Both the position numbers and the translations under genes were made by a program. Shown here one piece after another: positions 8,953-19,542 of a DNA stretch of 64,000 bases. A model generated the notes under the pieces. That model did no database searches. It was not told where the DNA came from and was given only the letters and a program-made list of their open reading frames with translations. How positions within the stretch are numbered: the first letter of the stretch is position 1; each line of letters starts with the position of its first letter. Source of the stretch: Candidatus Micrarchaeia archaeon (GTDB lineage Archaea; Micrarchaeota; Micrarchaeia; Burarchaeales; Fermentimicrarchaeaceae); contig JAVZHX010000001.1 of NCBI GenBank assembly GCA_038871515.1, positions 416,001 through 480,000 on the forward strand, written 5' to 3'.

Positions 8953-9594
8953 TTAGAAAATCTCCACAACTCCACTCACATCACTGAAAACAAAATCCGG
9001 CTCCTCTTTTAACAACCACTCCAACTTATGCGTTCCGTTACAAACACAACCAGTTATCATACCAGCAGCTCTCCCAGCCTGCACATCCTCCACCCTATCC
9101 CCAACATAAATACACTCGTCCGCTCTCCTTCTAACCTTTTCAAGAGCAACCAACAAACTTTTTGGAGATGGCTTTCTCTCCTCCACATCCTCCCTCACAA
9201 CAACAACCGAAAAATACTTCCCAATTCCAAACCTCTCCAAATCCTCCTTTATTCTACTTCCCCTTCCATCACTAACCAACCCAACACCAACCCCCAGCAA
9301 ACTCAGCTTCTCAAGAGTTGGAACTGTTTGCGGAAACAATTTAATTTCCTTCCTCATCTTCTCCCAATACTCCCACCACACCTTCTCAACTCTCTCCACC
9401 TCTCTCTCCTCCACCCCCATTTTCAAATACATATTTTTATGATTCATTGAAAACTCCCTTCTGAAAAACTCCAAACTCATCTCCCCATAACCCAACTCAG
9501 AAAAGGTTCTTCGGAAACTTTCGTATGTTATATGCAGAGAATCCAACAACGTTCCATCATAATCAAAAAACACAAACTTCAGCATAATATTCAA
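8953..9594 (-). CDS. HAD-family phosphatase
   Basis: Motifs FDYDGTLLDS, KPSP, YVGDR..DV.AG. Confidence 0.88.
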   Translation of the reverse strand: MNIMLKFVFFDYDGTLLDSLHITYESFRRTFSELGYGEMSLEFFRREFSMNHKNMYLKMGVEEREVERVEKVWWEYWEKMRKEIKLFPQTVPTLEKLSLLGVGVGLVSDGRGSRIKEDLERFGIGKYFSVVVVREDVEERKPSPKSLLVALEKVRRRADECIYVGDRVEDVQAGRAAGMITGCVCNGTHKLEWLLKEEPDFVFSDVSGVVEIF

Positions 9595-9641
9595 ACATCA
9601 CTCTTTAATAACTTCTTTTCTCCAATAAAATTGGTGAACTT

Positions 9642-9863
9642 ATGAAGTACAAAGTTGAGATAACCTACAAACCAGGCGTGCTAGACCCTGAAGGAAAATC
9701 AACCCTTGATGCATTGAAAACACTCGGCTTTAACGTTTCCAACGTCCAGAGCATGAAAGCATACATAATTGAATGCAACTACGATGAGAAAAAAATTGAT
9801 GAGATGTGCAGGAAACTTCTCTCCAACCCAATAATACATAACTATTCAATTCAAAAACTATGA
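9642..9863 (+). CDS. purS: FGAM synthase subunit PurS
   Basis: KPGVLDPEG and LLSNPII motifs; upstream of purL. Confidence 0.93.
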   Translation: MKYKVEITYKPGVLDPEGKSTLDALKTLGFNVSNVQSMKAYIIECNYDEKKIDEMCRKLLSNPIIHNYSIQKL

Positions 9864-12226
9864 GGTGGCGCATGCAGCACAAAGCAGATTTTCCATTCAC
9901 CCTTTACTTCATAAACCTACGTGACGCTTCAGACGAGGATTTGAGAAGAATAAACTCCGAAAGAAACCTCTCGCTTTCTTTGGAGGAAATGAGAAGGATA
10001 AAGGAGCACTACAAAAAACTTAACAGGGATGCAACAGACGTTGAACTGGAGATGATCGCCCAAATCTGGTCCGAGCACTGCTGCCACAAAACTCTCCGCG
10101 GAAACTTCATCGATTCAAAAGGAAAAGTAGTTGCAAGAAAACTTCTGAAAAGCACAATAATGAAAGCAACAGAAAAGCTCAAACTTCCCTGGTGCCTGCT
10201 TGTTTTCAAAGATAACGCAGGGATAGTTGACTTTGATGGAAAGCACGCGCTTGCTTTCAAAGTTGAAACTCACAACCACCCCTCCGCGCTTGAACCATTT
10301 GGAGGAGCATCAACAGGAGTTGGCGGCGTCATCCGCGACATTTTGGGCGTTTGGGCTGACCCAATTGCAAACACAGACGTCCTCTGCTTCGCTCCTCTCA
10401 ACTTTCCGGAAAGCAAACTTCCAAAAGGAGTTAAATCGCCCCGCTACCTATACAACGGCGTTATCGCTGGCATAGGCTCATACGGAAACAACATGGGAAT
10501 CCCAACAGTAAACGGCTCAATTCACTTTGATGAAAGCTACTTGGGAAACCCGCTTGTTTACTGCGGCTGTGTTGGGTTGTTACCTAAAAACAAATTTATC
10601 AAAAACACCAAGCCAGGCGACTGCATTCTACTTGTTGGGGGCAGAACTGGAAAAGACGGAATTCACGGAGTCACCTTTGCATCCGCCGAGCTTTCTGAAA
10701 CTTCTGAAGAGGTTTCTCGCTCAGCAGTTCAGATAGGCGACCCAATTGAAGAGGAGAAGCTGAAAAGAGCAATCCTCCGCGTGAGGGATGAGGGGCTTGC
10801 AACCGCAATAACCGATTTAGGTGGAGGAGGGGTTTCCTGCGCTGTCAGCGAGATGGCTGAGCGCTCCGGATGCGGTGCAACCGTTGAGCTTGACAGGGTT
10901 CCTTTAAAATACCCAATGAATACCCCCTGGGAGATATGGCTCTCCGAATCACAGGAGAGAATGCTTCTCTCAATTCCAGAAAGAAACCTAAAAAGAACCC
11001 TTGAAATTTTTGAGGATGAAGACGTTGAGGCAACCGTTATTGGAAGGTTCAACAACACAAAACAAATTGTCGTTCTCTACAAAGACAAGCCAGTTGCCAA
11101 TCTCTCAACAAACTTCCTTTACAACCTTCCCTATGCAACCACCAAAGTAAAAAAACCAAATCAAAAACTCAGGGAGCCAAACTTCAAACAACCAAAACAA
11201 CTTGGCAAAATACTACTGCAACTGCTTTCTCTGCCAAACACCGCAAGCAAACAATCTGTCATTCACACCTATGACCATGAGGTGAAAGGACACACAGTAA
11301 TAAAACCACTCCAGGGAGCTTTTCTTGACGGGCCGGGTGATGCGGCAGTGATAAAACCACTCCCCACCTCCTTCAAAGGATTTGCGCTTTCAAATGGGTT
11401 CAACCCAAACTATGGAAAGATAGACTGCTACTGGATGGCTGCCTCTGCAATTGATGAAGCAGTAAGAAACAACATCGCAGTTGGGGGAAGGAGAATCGCA
11501 TTGCTTGATAACTTCTGCTGGGGCTCCCCAAAGAAACCACAGCTTGCCTACCAACTTCTTGAGGCATGCCGAGCGTGCAGGGATGTTGCGCTTGAGCTCA
11601 AAACTCCCTTCATCTCAGGAAAGGACAGCTTATACAACGAAACAAATGGAAAGCCAATCACCCCATCACTGCTCATCTCAGCGCTTGGGATCGTGCCTGA
11701 CGTGAGAAAAGCGGTTACGATGGATGCAAAGCAGCCAGGCAGCTACATTTACCTGATTGGGGAAACTCACAAGGAACTTGGAGGCTCTTCCTATTACTCC
11801 ATTTTCAAAAAACTCGGTGCTTCTGTGCCAAAGCTCAACCCAAAAAAAGCAAGAAGAATTTTCAACTCACTCACAAAAGCAATTGACAAACAACTCCTCC
11901 TCTCCTGCCACGATTTATCTGAGGGTGGTTTGGGAGTTGCTGCAGCAGAGATGTCCTTCGCAGGCAACATTGGAATGGAAATCAACCTGCAACAACTCAA
12001 CTCCAAACTGCGAGATGACTACCTCCTCTTCTCAGAATCAAACTCCCGCTTCCTTGTAGAAGTTTCATCAAGCAACAGAAACAGATTTGAGAAACTTATG
12101 AGAGGAATTCCGTATTTCAGAATTGGAAAAACAACCAACTCGGATGAATTCACCGTGATTGGGAATGATGTTTTAATTTCAGAAAAACTTGCCACCTTAA
12201 GAAAGGCATGGCAAACTCCGCTGTGA
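9860..12226 (+). CDS. purL: FGAM synthase subunit PurL
   Basis: Motifs WSEHC.HK, KVETHNHPS, SESQERM, ISGKDSLYN. Confidence 0.96.
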   Translation: MRWRMQHKADFPFTLYFINLRDASDEDLRRINSERNLSLSLEEMRRIKEHYKKLNRDATDVELEMIAQIWSEHCCHKTLRGNFIDSKGKVVARKLLKSTIMKATEKLKLPWCLLVFKDNAGIVDFDGKHALAFKVETHNHPSALEPFGGASTGVGGVIRDILGVWADPIANTDVLCFAPLNFPESKLPKGVKSPRYLYNGVIAGIGSYGNNMGIPTVNGSIHFDESYLGNPLVYCGCVGLLPKNKFIKNTKPGDCILLVGGRTGKDGIHGVTFASAELSETSEEVSRSAVQIGDPIEEEKLKRAILRVRDEGLATAITDLGGGGVSCAVSEMAERSGCGATVELDRVPLKYPMNTPWEIWLSESQERMLLSIPERNLKRTLEIFEDEDVEATVIGRFNNTKQIVVLYKDKPVANLSTNFLYNLPYATTKVKKPNQKLREPNFKQPKQLGKILLQLLSLPNTASKQSVIHTYDHEVKGHTVIKPLQGAFLDGPGDAAVIKPLPTSFKGFALSNGFNPNYGKIDCYWMAASAIDEAVRNNIAVGGRRIALLDNFCWGSPKKPQLAYQLLEACRACRDVALELKTPFISGKDSLYNETNGKPITPSLLISALGIVPDVRKAVTMDAKQPGSYIYLIGETHKELGGSSYYSIFKKLGASVPKLNPKKARRIFNSLTKAIDKQLLLSCHDLSEGGLGVAAAEMSFAGNIGMEINLQQLNSKLRDDYLLFSESNSRFLVEVSSSNRNRFEKLMRGIPYFRIGKTTNSDEFTVIGNDVLISEKLATLRKAWQTPL

Positions 12227-12230
12227 TTAT

Positions 12231-13034
12231 ATGAGAATATGCATAATGAGAGTTGCTGGAACAAACCGCGATTATGACGTATACGAAGTTCTAACTTACC
12301 TAGGCGCATCCCCAGATGTTGTTCACATGAATGAATTCACCAGAGGAAGGAAAAAACTGAGTGACTACGATGCATTCATCTTCCCAGGAGGCTTCTCCTA
12401 CGGAGACAGAATACGCTCAGGCGCAATCTGGGCAAAGCAGCTCATCTACAAACTTTCAGCTGACTTCAGAAAAATTGCTGAGGAAGGAACACCAATACTC
12501 GGAATATGCAACGGGATGCAGGTGCTTGTTGAGGCTGGTTTGATACCTGGCTTGAATGGAATAAGCGAATACCCAGAAGCAGCAATGGCAGTCAATGCGT
12601 CATCTAAATTTGAGTGCAGGTGGGTTTATTTAAAAAACTACTCAAGGGGAAACTGCCTATTCACAAGGGAAATACCAAGAAACACAGTGATAAGAACACC
12701 TGTTGCCCACGGAGAAGGACGCTTCCTTCTTCCAAAAGAAAAGGAGAAAGCAATACTCCGTAAACTTGAGAGAAACGATCAGATTGTTTTCCGCTACTGC
12801 GATGAGAAAGGCAACCCAGCCAAAGGGAAATACCCGCTCAACCCAAACGGCTCCTTCTCAGACATAGCTGGAGTTTGCAACCCTCAGGGCAACGTTTTGG
12901 CTTTCATGCCTCACGCAGAGGATGCGTGCTTCTTCTGGCAGCACCCAGATTGGACAAGGAGGAAACTTAAGTTTGAGACAGACGGAATTCTCCTCTTCAA
13001 AAATTTAGTATCTTTCCTCAAACACAAAAAATAA
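12231..13034 (+). CDS. purQ: FGAM synthase glutaminase subunit PurQ
   Basis: Motifs PGGFSYGD, GICNGMQ, AHGEG, MPHAE. Confidence 0.95.
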   Translation: MRICIMRVAGTNRDYDVYEVLTYLGASPDVVHMNEFTRGRKKLSDYDAFIFPGGFSYGDRIRSGAIWAKQLIYKLSADFRKIAEEGTPILGICNGMQVLVEAGLIPGLNGISEYPEAAMAVNASSKFECRWVYLKNYSRGNCLFTREIPRNTVIRTPVAHGEGRFLLPKEKEKAILRKLERNDQIVFRYCDEKGNPAKGKYPLNPNGSFSDIAGVCNPQGNVLAFMPHAEDACFFWQHPDWTRRKLKFETDGILLFKNLVSFLKHKK

Positions 13035-13072
13035 AAAAACATTGCAATTATTATTTAATTACTAATTAAGAG

Positions 13073-14446
13073 GTGGTTCTCTTGCCCAAAATACAGGAGA
13101 TACCCTCTCTTAAAGAATGGGAAAGAGTTGGCTCTCACAGCCACATCAAAGGACTTGGAATACAAAATGGTGAAGTCCTTCGTATTGCCTCAGGGCTTGT
13201 GGGACAGGTTGAAGCAAGAAAGGCAGCCAGCATAATTGTTGAGTTAGTGAGAAAAGGAAGGTTTGCCGGCAGAGCAATACTTATGGCAGGACCCATGGGA
13301 ACTGGTAAAACTGCGCTTGCACTTGCAATCGCAAAGGAGCTTGGAAGGGATGTGCCATTCGTTCAGATATTTGGCTCTGAAATTTACTCCTCCGAAATCA
13401 AGAAAACAGAATTCCTGATGAGAGCTCTCAGAAGAGCTATTGGAGTCAGAATTCACGAGATGCGCACAATTTATGAAGGCGAGGTAACCTACCTTGACTT
13501 TGACATGGTGCCTCATCCATACAACCCATACCAAAAAATCCCCAAAAGCGCAACAATAAAACTCAAAACAAAGGACGAGGAGAGGCAATTCAAGGTTGAC
13601 TCCTCATTTGCCCAAAGTATAATTCAGAATGGAGTTGAAATTCACGATGTTATTCAGATAGACTCAGAAACAGCCAGAATAGCAGTTATTGGCAAAAGCA
13701 AGGATTACAAACCAGATGAAAAGGAAAAAGTTGACTTAACAAAACAACAGATTGTTGAAGTTCCAAAAGGCAAAGTTCAAAAAGAAAAGGAATTCATCTA
13801 CACAGTTACCCTTAATGATTTGGACATGGCGCGCGCAAAGAGAGGAAGCCTCTTCTTCTCCTTTTTCGGTGGAGGGAAGGAGGAGGAGCTCAGCGAGGAG
13901 GACAGGGCAGCTGTTGACGAGGAGGTTAAAGCGCTGGTGAATGAGAAAACAGCAGAGATAATACCGGGAGTTCTATTCATAGACGAAACTCACATGCTTG
14001 ACGTTGAAGCTTTCTCCTTCCTCAACAGAGCAATTGAATCTGAGCTTGCGCCAATAATCATTCTCGCAACAAACAGAGGGATAACAAAAATAAGAGGCAC
14101 AGAGCTTGAATCACCTCACGGAATTCCAAGAGATATGCTGGATAGAATGCTGATTATAAACACCTCTCCATACTCAAAAGAGGAAGTCGCCGAGATAATA
14201 AAAATAAGATGCAGGGAGGAGAAAGTTCAGCTGAGCAACGATGCATTTGAGTATCTAACAAAGATTGGCGTGGAGAAAAGTTTAAGGTATGCAACTCAGC
14301 TTCTCGCTCCCGCTTCAGAGCTTGCAGAGAAGGATAAGAAGGAGACAATAGAGAAGAAGCACATCGAGGTTGCTGAGAAGCTTTTTGTTGACGTTGAAAA
14401 ATCCATCGAGCACGTTAAAAAGTTCGAGAAGAGCTTTATGGCATAA
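13073..14446 (+). CDS. TIP49/RuvB-like AAA+ ATPase
   Basis: Motifs HSHIKGLG, GPMGTGKT, PGVLFIDETH, ATNRG, SPHGIP. Confidence 0.93.
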   Translation: MVLLPKIQEIPSLKEWERVGSHSHIKGLGIQNGEVLRIASGLVGQVEARKAASIIVELVRKGRFAGRAILMAGPMGTGKTALALAIAKELGRDVPFVQIFGSEIYSSEIKKTEFLMRALRRAIGVRIHEMRTIYEGEVTYLDFDMVPHPYNPYQKIPKSATIKLKTKDEERQFKVDSSFAQSIIQNGVEIHDVIQIDSETARIAVIGKSKDYKPDEKEKVDLTKQQIVEVPKGKVQKEKEFIYTVTLNDLDMARAKRGSLFFSFFGGGKEEELSEEDRAAVDEEVKALVNEKTAEIIPGVLFIDETHMLDVEAFSFLNRAIESELAPIIILATNRGITKIRGTELESPHGIPRDMLDRMLIINTSPYSKEEVAEIIKIRCREEKVQLSNDAFEYLTKIGVEKSLRYATQLLAPASELAEKDKKETIEKKHIEVAEKLFVDVEKSIEHVKKFEKSFMA

Positions 14447-14486
14447 GAAATTAAAACCTCTCTGACGTAATATAACCGCTGGTTCT

Positions 14487-15071
14487 ATGGCTAACGACGG
14501 CAAGATTATCGTATCTGTTCACTGCGATGTTATCTGGCAGGCTGCCCACGTGAAGTTTGTGAGAAGGAGAGGGAGAAGGTATTACGAGGGCAATCTGGAT
14601 AACGTGGTGTGCGTTGCAGCCGTCCTCCGCTCAGTTATGCCACGCGTGAGGGACAGAAAAGTAAAATTTTACTTCACAAATGCAGAGGAAACAACAATGA
14701 AAGGAGCAAGAAAAGTTATGAGAAGGGAGGGGAAAGCCCTCTACGTTGTTGTTGACGTAACCCAAGCAGCACGCAGCTCCGATGTTAATATTGAGTGGAT
14801 GCAGCACATTAACAGAAAAGCACTAAAAAAGGTTCTCACAAGAATCCCAAACCTGAAAGTTGGCTTCAAGACAGGCCACCCAGATGAAACAGCCATTTAC
14901 GGAACAAAATACCCAACCTTCTCAATCACTCTCCCACTGCAGGGAAACATGCACGGCAAATCCAAAGTTTCCTTCTGGAAGGTGAAGCGCTTCGGCTTAT
15001 CCCTCGTTGAAATTCTAAGAAGGATACGAATGAACTACGATAGAATTTGTGAGTTTCAGAAATCAGTATAG
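14487..15071 (+). CDS. Minimal M28/M20-like zinc peptidase-fold protein
   Basis: Ordered putative ligands HCD, GNLDN, FTNAEE, VVD and a C-terminal H. Confidence 0.55.
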   Translation: MANDGKIIVSVHCDVIWQAAHVKFVRRRGRRYYEGNLDNVVCVAAVLRSVMPRVRDRKVKFYFTNAEETTMKGARKVMRREGKALYVVVDVTQAARSSDVNIEWMQHINRKALKKVLTRIPNLKVGFKTGHPDETAIYGTKYPTFSITLPLQGNMHGKSKVSFWKVKRFGLSLVEILRRIRMNYDRICEFQKSV

Positions 15072-17420
15072 ATAACCCCAAGTATACAGCATATCGCTAT
15101 CGCTTATCCACTTCTCCCCAATATCCGTTCTGTAAAACATGTTTGGAATAAGAATGTTTTTCACCCTTGAATACGCCTGCTTTCTCGCCTCCTCAACAGT
15201 CGTCCCAGAGCCGGTGATTATCAACGCATAGCCTGACTGCCCAGCCAACCTCCAGTCATCCTCAACAAGCTTCACATCCCCAAGATGAACCCCATCAAGA
15301 TTTGGCTTCTTGAAAATTATCGTTGCATCCTCCGAATACCTTTTGAAAGCAGCTGGGTCGCTGAATGGGAAGGGTGGGACTGCAACTACAATACATATCT
15401 GAAATCCTTTTTTCGTTTTCAGCTCAGTTGCCTCTCCTTTTGCAAGCGAGTAAAGAAAATCACTCCACCTGCTCGTCACTCCCTCAATCTGCAAACTTAT
15501 AGTGGGGTAACCAAAACGCATGGTCCACTCCAATGGATATATCCCTCTTGAATTCACAATACAATTCAAATCCACATACCCAACATAATTTGATGCAACA
15601 AGTGCTTCCTTCATTTTAAGAAGAGTTTCGTTGAAAAGCTTGTTTGGGGGGCACCAGAACCCAAGCGTATTGCCACAAAAAACAGGTTTCCCATCCTTCC
15701 TGATATACATCACATGATTTGGAACCTCAGCGCAATAAACCTTTCCGTTGTATGGAATCTCCTTCCAGTCTCTCGCATCCAACCAAGAAACAGTTTTCTG
15801 CACCCTCTCAATAATCTCATACTGCAGCTTGTCAGAAGCAATTATCCTGTCGCCAATTTTCCCCTTTCTTGGTTTTCTTATCTTAATCAACCCCACATGA
15901 CCAATTTTCAGTAACAGTTCTTGAATATTATCTGCAAGTTTCTTTGATGTTGTATAAAAAACCCGGTAACCTTTTTTATAATGATACGCATCGCCAAGTG
16001 CAAAAGCATCTAGGAAAAGCTTTATCTGTCTAGGAGATGCTTCCCTCACATATTCTGGGATCCATTTATCAGAAGCCTTCCCAAACTGCTTCAAGTACCT
16101 AGCAAGTTGGGCGCTGTGTATCGCAAACCTATCCTTACTAACTACCACTTTGAATGGTAGTTTATTAATTATCCTAAACACACTAGCCCGTGTCCTCTTC
16201 TTCGCTTGTGCGATAGTAACAGTATTTCCTGAAGAGCAGCCTTCGCTTAAATAAAGCCCCAGGAATTCAAGCCAACAATCCATCTTAATTCTCATTTGCT
16301 GAAGTTGCACTACGCATTTATGATTCGTTCCTTTAGTATAGATGTACTCCGGAAGATAAAAGTATTCTTCCTCAACTCCCTTCCAAATGCCCGTTCTTGG
16401 GATTACAAATTTGGTTGTTAACTCCTTTGCTTTAACGAATCTCCACTTATTTCCACCAGTTCTATAAGTCTCCCCCTCCATCCCAAACATATTATGATCT
16501 GGCGTTACTGTCAAAGAAACTGCCCTGTTGGTTATATCAATCATCCTTTTATGGTGGTCATACTCTACTATCGCAGTTGGTTTTTGATACTCAATCGCAA
16601 AAGTACTAGGATTGAGTGTGCAAATTTCATCGCTGTATGAAAGATTCTTGAACAACTTCCAACCCACCTTTGTCAAAACCTCTGTTTTGTCATCGTAACA
16701 CCCCATCTCGCCACAGTTCGGCCCCAACCCACCTGGAAACAACTTCTTGTGCTCGAAGTTTATGAATATTGGGTAGACAAAATCCCTCCCATTGAAGAAA
16801 ACCCCAACTGCAACTTCCACGCCCTGCACAAACTTCTGTAACTGGAACACGCTAATCTTCTTTGACCAGCTCTTCTTGTAGTGCTCCAAAACATCTATCA
16901 CATCTTTTCCATCCTCTTCCTGTCCAACAAAAAGTAACTCCTTCTCATTCTGAGCTCTTCCACTTGGTTTTATCACATACCTATCCGGATTCTTCTTAAC
17001 AAACTCTATAGCATCATCAAATCCGATAAAATCCCAATGGGGTATCGTGTTCACTCCCGCTTTCTTCAACTCCTCCTGCCCAAACTCCCTATCATCCTCA
17101 AGCTTATCAGTATAAACAGAACCGCCAACAACTAACTTACCTTCCTTTCTTAAATCCTCAGCAATCTGCCCAAAACCGATATCGTCAAAGCAAATTACGT
17201 CAGCCCAGTCTTCCCACCCCTTCCAATCCTCGCATTTTTCAACAAACCCATCACAAACATCCTTCTCAGACTTCTCCTTTATGTAATACTTTACCTCACT
17301 TCCCTCCTTCTTCACCTGCCAAGCCAAATCGCCAATCAAACCCTCGTATGAAACAAAAAGAAACTTCAAAGGCTTCTTCTCCTCCTTTTTCTCTTCAACC
17401 TGGTTGTTTGATGGGCTCAT
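15063..17420 (-). CDS. purD: Phosphoribosylamine-glycine ligase-like ATP-grasp enzyme containing an intein
   Basis: Motifs LEDDREFGQ, FEHKKLFPG.LGPN.GEMG|T, LEWTMRFGYP. Exteins total 441 aa. Divergent PurD subfamily. Confidence 0.8.
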   Translation of the reverse strand: MSPSNNQVEEKKEEKKPLKFLFVSYEGLIGDLAWQVKKEGSEVKYYIKEKSEKDVCDGFVEKCEDWKGWEDWADVICFDDIGFGQIAEDLRKEGKLVVGGSVYTDKLEDDREFGQEELKKAGVNTIPHWDFIGFDDAIEFVKKNPDRYVIKPSGRAQNEKELLFVGQEEDGKDVIDVLEHYKKSWSKKISVFQLQKFVQGVEVAVGVFFNGRDFVYPIFINFEHKKLFPGGLGPNCGEMGCYDDKTEVLTKVGWKLFKNLSYSDEICTLNPSTFAIEYQKPTAIVEYDHHKRMIDITNRAVSLTVTPDHNMFGMEGETYRTGGNKWRFVKAKELTTKFVIPRTGIWKGVEEEYFYLPEYIYTKGTNHKCVVQLQQMRIKMDCWLEFLGLYLSEGCSSGNTVTIAQAKKRTRASVFRIINKLPFKVVVSKDRFAIHSAQLARYLKQFGKASDKWIPEYVREASPRQIKLFLDAFALGDAYHYKKGYRVFYTTSKKLADNIQELLLKIGHVGLIKIRKPRKGKIGDRIIASDKLQYEIIERVQKTVSWLDARDWKEIPYNGKVYCAEVPNHVMYIRKDGKPVFCGNTLGFWCPPNKLFNETLLKMKEALVASNYVGYVDLNCIVNSRGIYPLEWTMRFGYPTISLQIEGVTSRWSDFLYSLAKGEATELKTKKGFQICIVVAVPPFPFSDPAAFKRYSEDATIIFKKPNLDGVHLGDVKLVEDDWRLAGQSGYALIITGSGTTVEEARKQAYSRVKNILIPNMFYRTDIGEKWISDSDMLYTWGYLY
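15669..16700 (-). mobile_element. 344-aa intein with LAGLIDADG endonuclease domain
   Basis: Block A CYDDKTEVLT, block B TVTPDH, LAGLIDADG helices FLGLYLSEG and FLDAFALGD, blocks F/G VYCAEVPNH...VFCGN, followed by +1 Thr. Confidence 0.93.
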
Positions 17421-17456
17421 GAAAAAATTTTGTAAATCAGTTGATTATAAGCTTTC

Positions 17457-18017
17457 CTATAAAGGCTCCTCAACTCCAAAAACAATTTTTTTGTAAACAG
17501 AGCCAATCTCCTCCCTCGTCATCCTCTCCAACTCCAACCTTGCTGCTTTTCCATTAACCTCCGCAATTCTCTTTACCTCCTCCTCACTCAAATTAGAAAA
17601 ATACTCAACAGCTCCCCTGCGCGCGCCCTCCACGCACTTAGCAAACGCAAGCAGCTTCTCACCTTTCTCGCCAACCATCTCAGCCAAACCAAACTTCCAC
17701 ATTATGCTGCTTTTCGCTCTTTCAGTTTCCTCCTCACTTCTTGGAGTGCTCAAAGCTTTGAACCACTCCCTTTTGCCCTGCCTCACCAAAGCAAGATAAC
17801 TCTCCCTCACCTCCCTTTTTAAAAAACCTGTGAATTCTCTTTCCTCCACTCCCATCTCCTTCAACCTTTTCCCAAAATTAACAAGAACCTCCTTCGGCTT
17901 CTCCTCCCACAAAACCATCATGCTCTGCAGCTCAACGAACGCTTCTTTCATCTTCTCCTGCCGTAGCCTCGCTATTCTCTCACGCATCGGCTCCTTTCTC
18001 TCAATTTCCATATTCAT
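17457..18017 (-). CDS. Hypothetical protein
   Basis: 186-aa ORF with host-like purine-rich coding strand. Confidence 0.6.
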   Translation of the reverse strand: MNMEIERKEPMRERIARLRQEKMKEAFVELQSMMVLWEEKPKEVLVNFGKRLKEMGVEEREFTGFLKREVRESYLALVRQGKREWFKALSTPRSEEETERAKSSIMWKFGLAEMVGEKGEKLLAFAKCVEGARRGAVEYFSNLSEEEVKRIAEVNGKAARLELERMTREEIGSVYKKIVFGVEEPL

Positions 18018-18101
18018 AAATTACTTGCTCATTTCAATTATTTAAACTCGCTTTCGCAATTATTCGAAACCTTTATAAATAAAAATAGAAAAAGTGAAAC
18101 C

Positions 18102-18746
18102 TCACTCGAACCCCTTCTTCTTCCCCCACCCCACCGTATCCTGCGTCCACTCCAAAATAACGCTCTCCTGCTCCTTTGTTATCAACTTCTTTGCAGTTGC
18201 CCTCTTCACAAGAGTGCTTATATCTGTCAGTGGAATCAGCTCCACCCCCTCCTGCCTGAACCCCTCCTCTGCTTTCGGCATCTGATAAGTGAATATCACA
18301 ACGCAGTGAGTTGGGTTTGCGCCAGCAGCTCTAACTGCTCTTGCAGTGTGAAGCGAGCTTCCCCCCTGGCTCACCAAATCCTCAACCACCACCACTCTTG
18401 CTCCTTTCTCCAGCTTCCCCTCAATCAAGTTCTGCTTCCCATGATCCTTCTCCTCCTTCCTCACATAAACCATCGGTTTCTTTATTCTGTCAGCCAGCCA
18501 TGCCGCATGCGGTATTCCAGAGGATGCAACAGCTGCAAGGCAATCCACATTCCTCAACCCAATCCTCTCCCTCACAACCTTTTCAAACGCATCAATTACT
18601 TCTTCTCTCTCCTTCACGTGCGACATCAGCAATCTACAATCCGTGTAGATTGGGCTGAGAATGCCTGACGCGTATCTATATGGTTTTTCCGGGCTCAGCG
18701 TCACAGCCCCTATCTCCAAAAGTATATCCGCAATTCTCTCCTTCAT
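18102..18746 (-). CDS. pyrE: Orotate phosphoribosyltransferase
   Basis: ASGILSPIYTDCR, RKEEKDHG and PRPP motif VVVEDLVSQGGS. Confidence 0.95.
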   Translation of the reverse strand: MKERIADILLEIGAVTLSPEKPYRYASGILSPIYTDCRLLMSHVKEREEVIDAFEKVVRERIGLRNVDCLAAVASSGIPHAAWLADRIKKPMVYVRKEEKDHGKQNLIEGKLEKGARVVVVEDLVSQGGSSLHTARAVRAAGANPTHCVVIFTYQMPKAEEGFRQEGVELIPLTDISTLVKRATAKKLITKEQESVILEWTQDTVGWGKKKGFE

Positions 18747-18747
18747 A

Positions 18748-19542
18748 CTACTCCCTCCAACCATAATATTCATTCAAACTCACCTTCTTCCCATACTTCA
18801 ACCTTGCGAACCTTCCAAACTCGCTCATTTTTGAAAGTTTTTTTGATGAGAAAACAGGGCCGTCAGCGCACACCCTGTAACCATCCACCGCACAGCTCCC
18901 GCAAACTCCAAAACCACAGTGCATGTATCTTTCTAGGGAGAGCTGGCACTCCACTTTGTTTTTTCTACAAATCTCAAAAACTTTCTTCAACATCAGCTCA
19001 GGGCCGCAGCCATAAACAACATCAACCTCCCCAACCACCTCCTCAAGCAAATCAGTTGCAAACCCCTTTCTCCCAAGCGAACCATCATCCGTTGCATACC
19101 TCACCTTCCCAACCCTCTCCATCCTTTCCCTGAAAATCAGCTTTCTTTTGCTTGAAGCACCCATTATGATAATTGGTTTCCTCTTCGCCAGCTTCTCCGC
19201 AAGCGGTGCAAGCGGTGCAACTCCAACTCCACCAGCAACTATGCACTGTCTCTCCCCAACAACCTCAAACCCATTCCCATACGGGCCTCTAACCCCAATA
19301 AAGCTTCCCTCCCTCAACCTGAAAACTTCCTCTGTGAACTTACCTCTCCTCTGCACCGTTATTGCTGCCTGTCCATTCAAATACGAAAGCGCAAATGGTT
19401 TCTCATCAACCCCAGGAAGCCAAACCATGACAAACTGGCCAGGAATTGCACCAGGCACTCCCCTCTCAAAAAACACCGTTCTTACCTCCTCACTCTCCTC
19501 CACAACTTTCCTCACTTTATTTGAAACCGGCATCTCACTCAT
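18748..19542 (-). CDS. pyrK: Dihydroorotate dehydrogenase electron transfer subunit
   Basis: Motifs PGQFVMVW, RGPYGNGF, CGFGVCGSC...C.DGPVF. Confidence 0.93.
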   Translation of the reverse strand: MSEMPVSNKVRKVVEESEEVRTVFFERGVPGAIPGQFVMVWLPGVDEKPFALSYLNGQAAITVQRRGKFTEEVFRLREGSFIGVRGPYGNGFEVVGERQCIVAGGVGVAPLAPLAEKLAKRKPIIIMGASSKRKLIFRERMERVGKVRYATDDGSLGRKGFATDLLEEVVGEVDVVYGCGPELMLKKVFEICRKNKVECQLSLERYMHCGFGVCGSCAVDGYRVCADGPVFSSKKLSKMSEFGRFARLKYGKKVSLNEYYGWRE

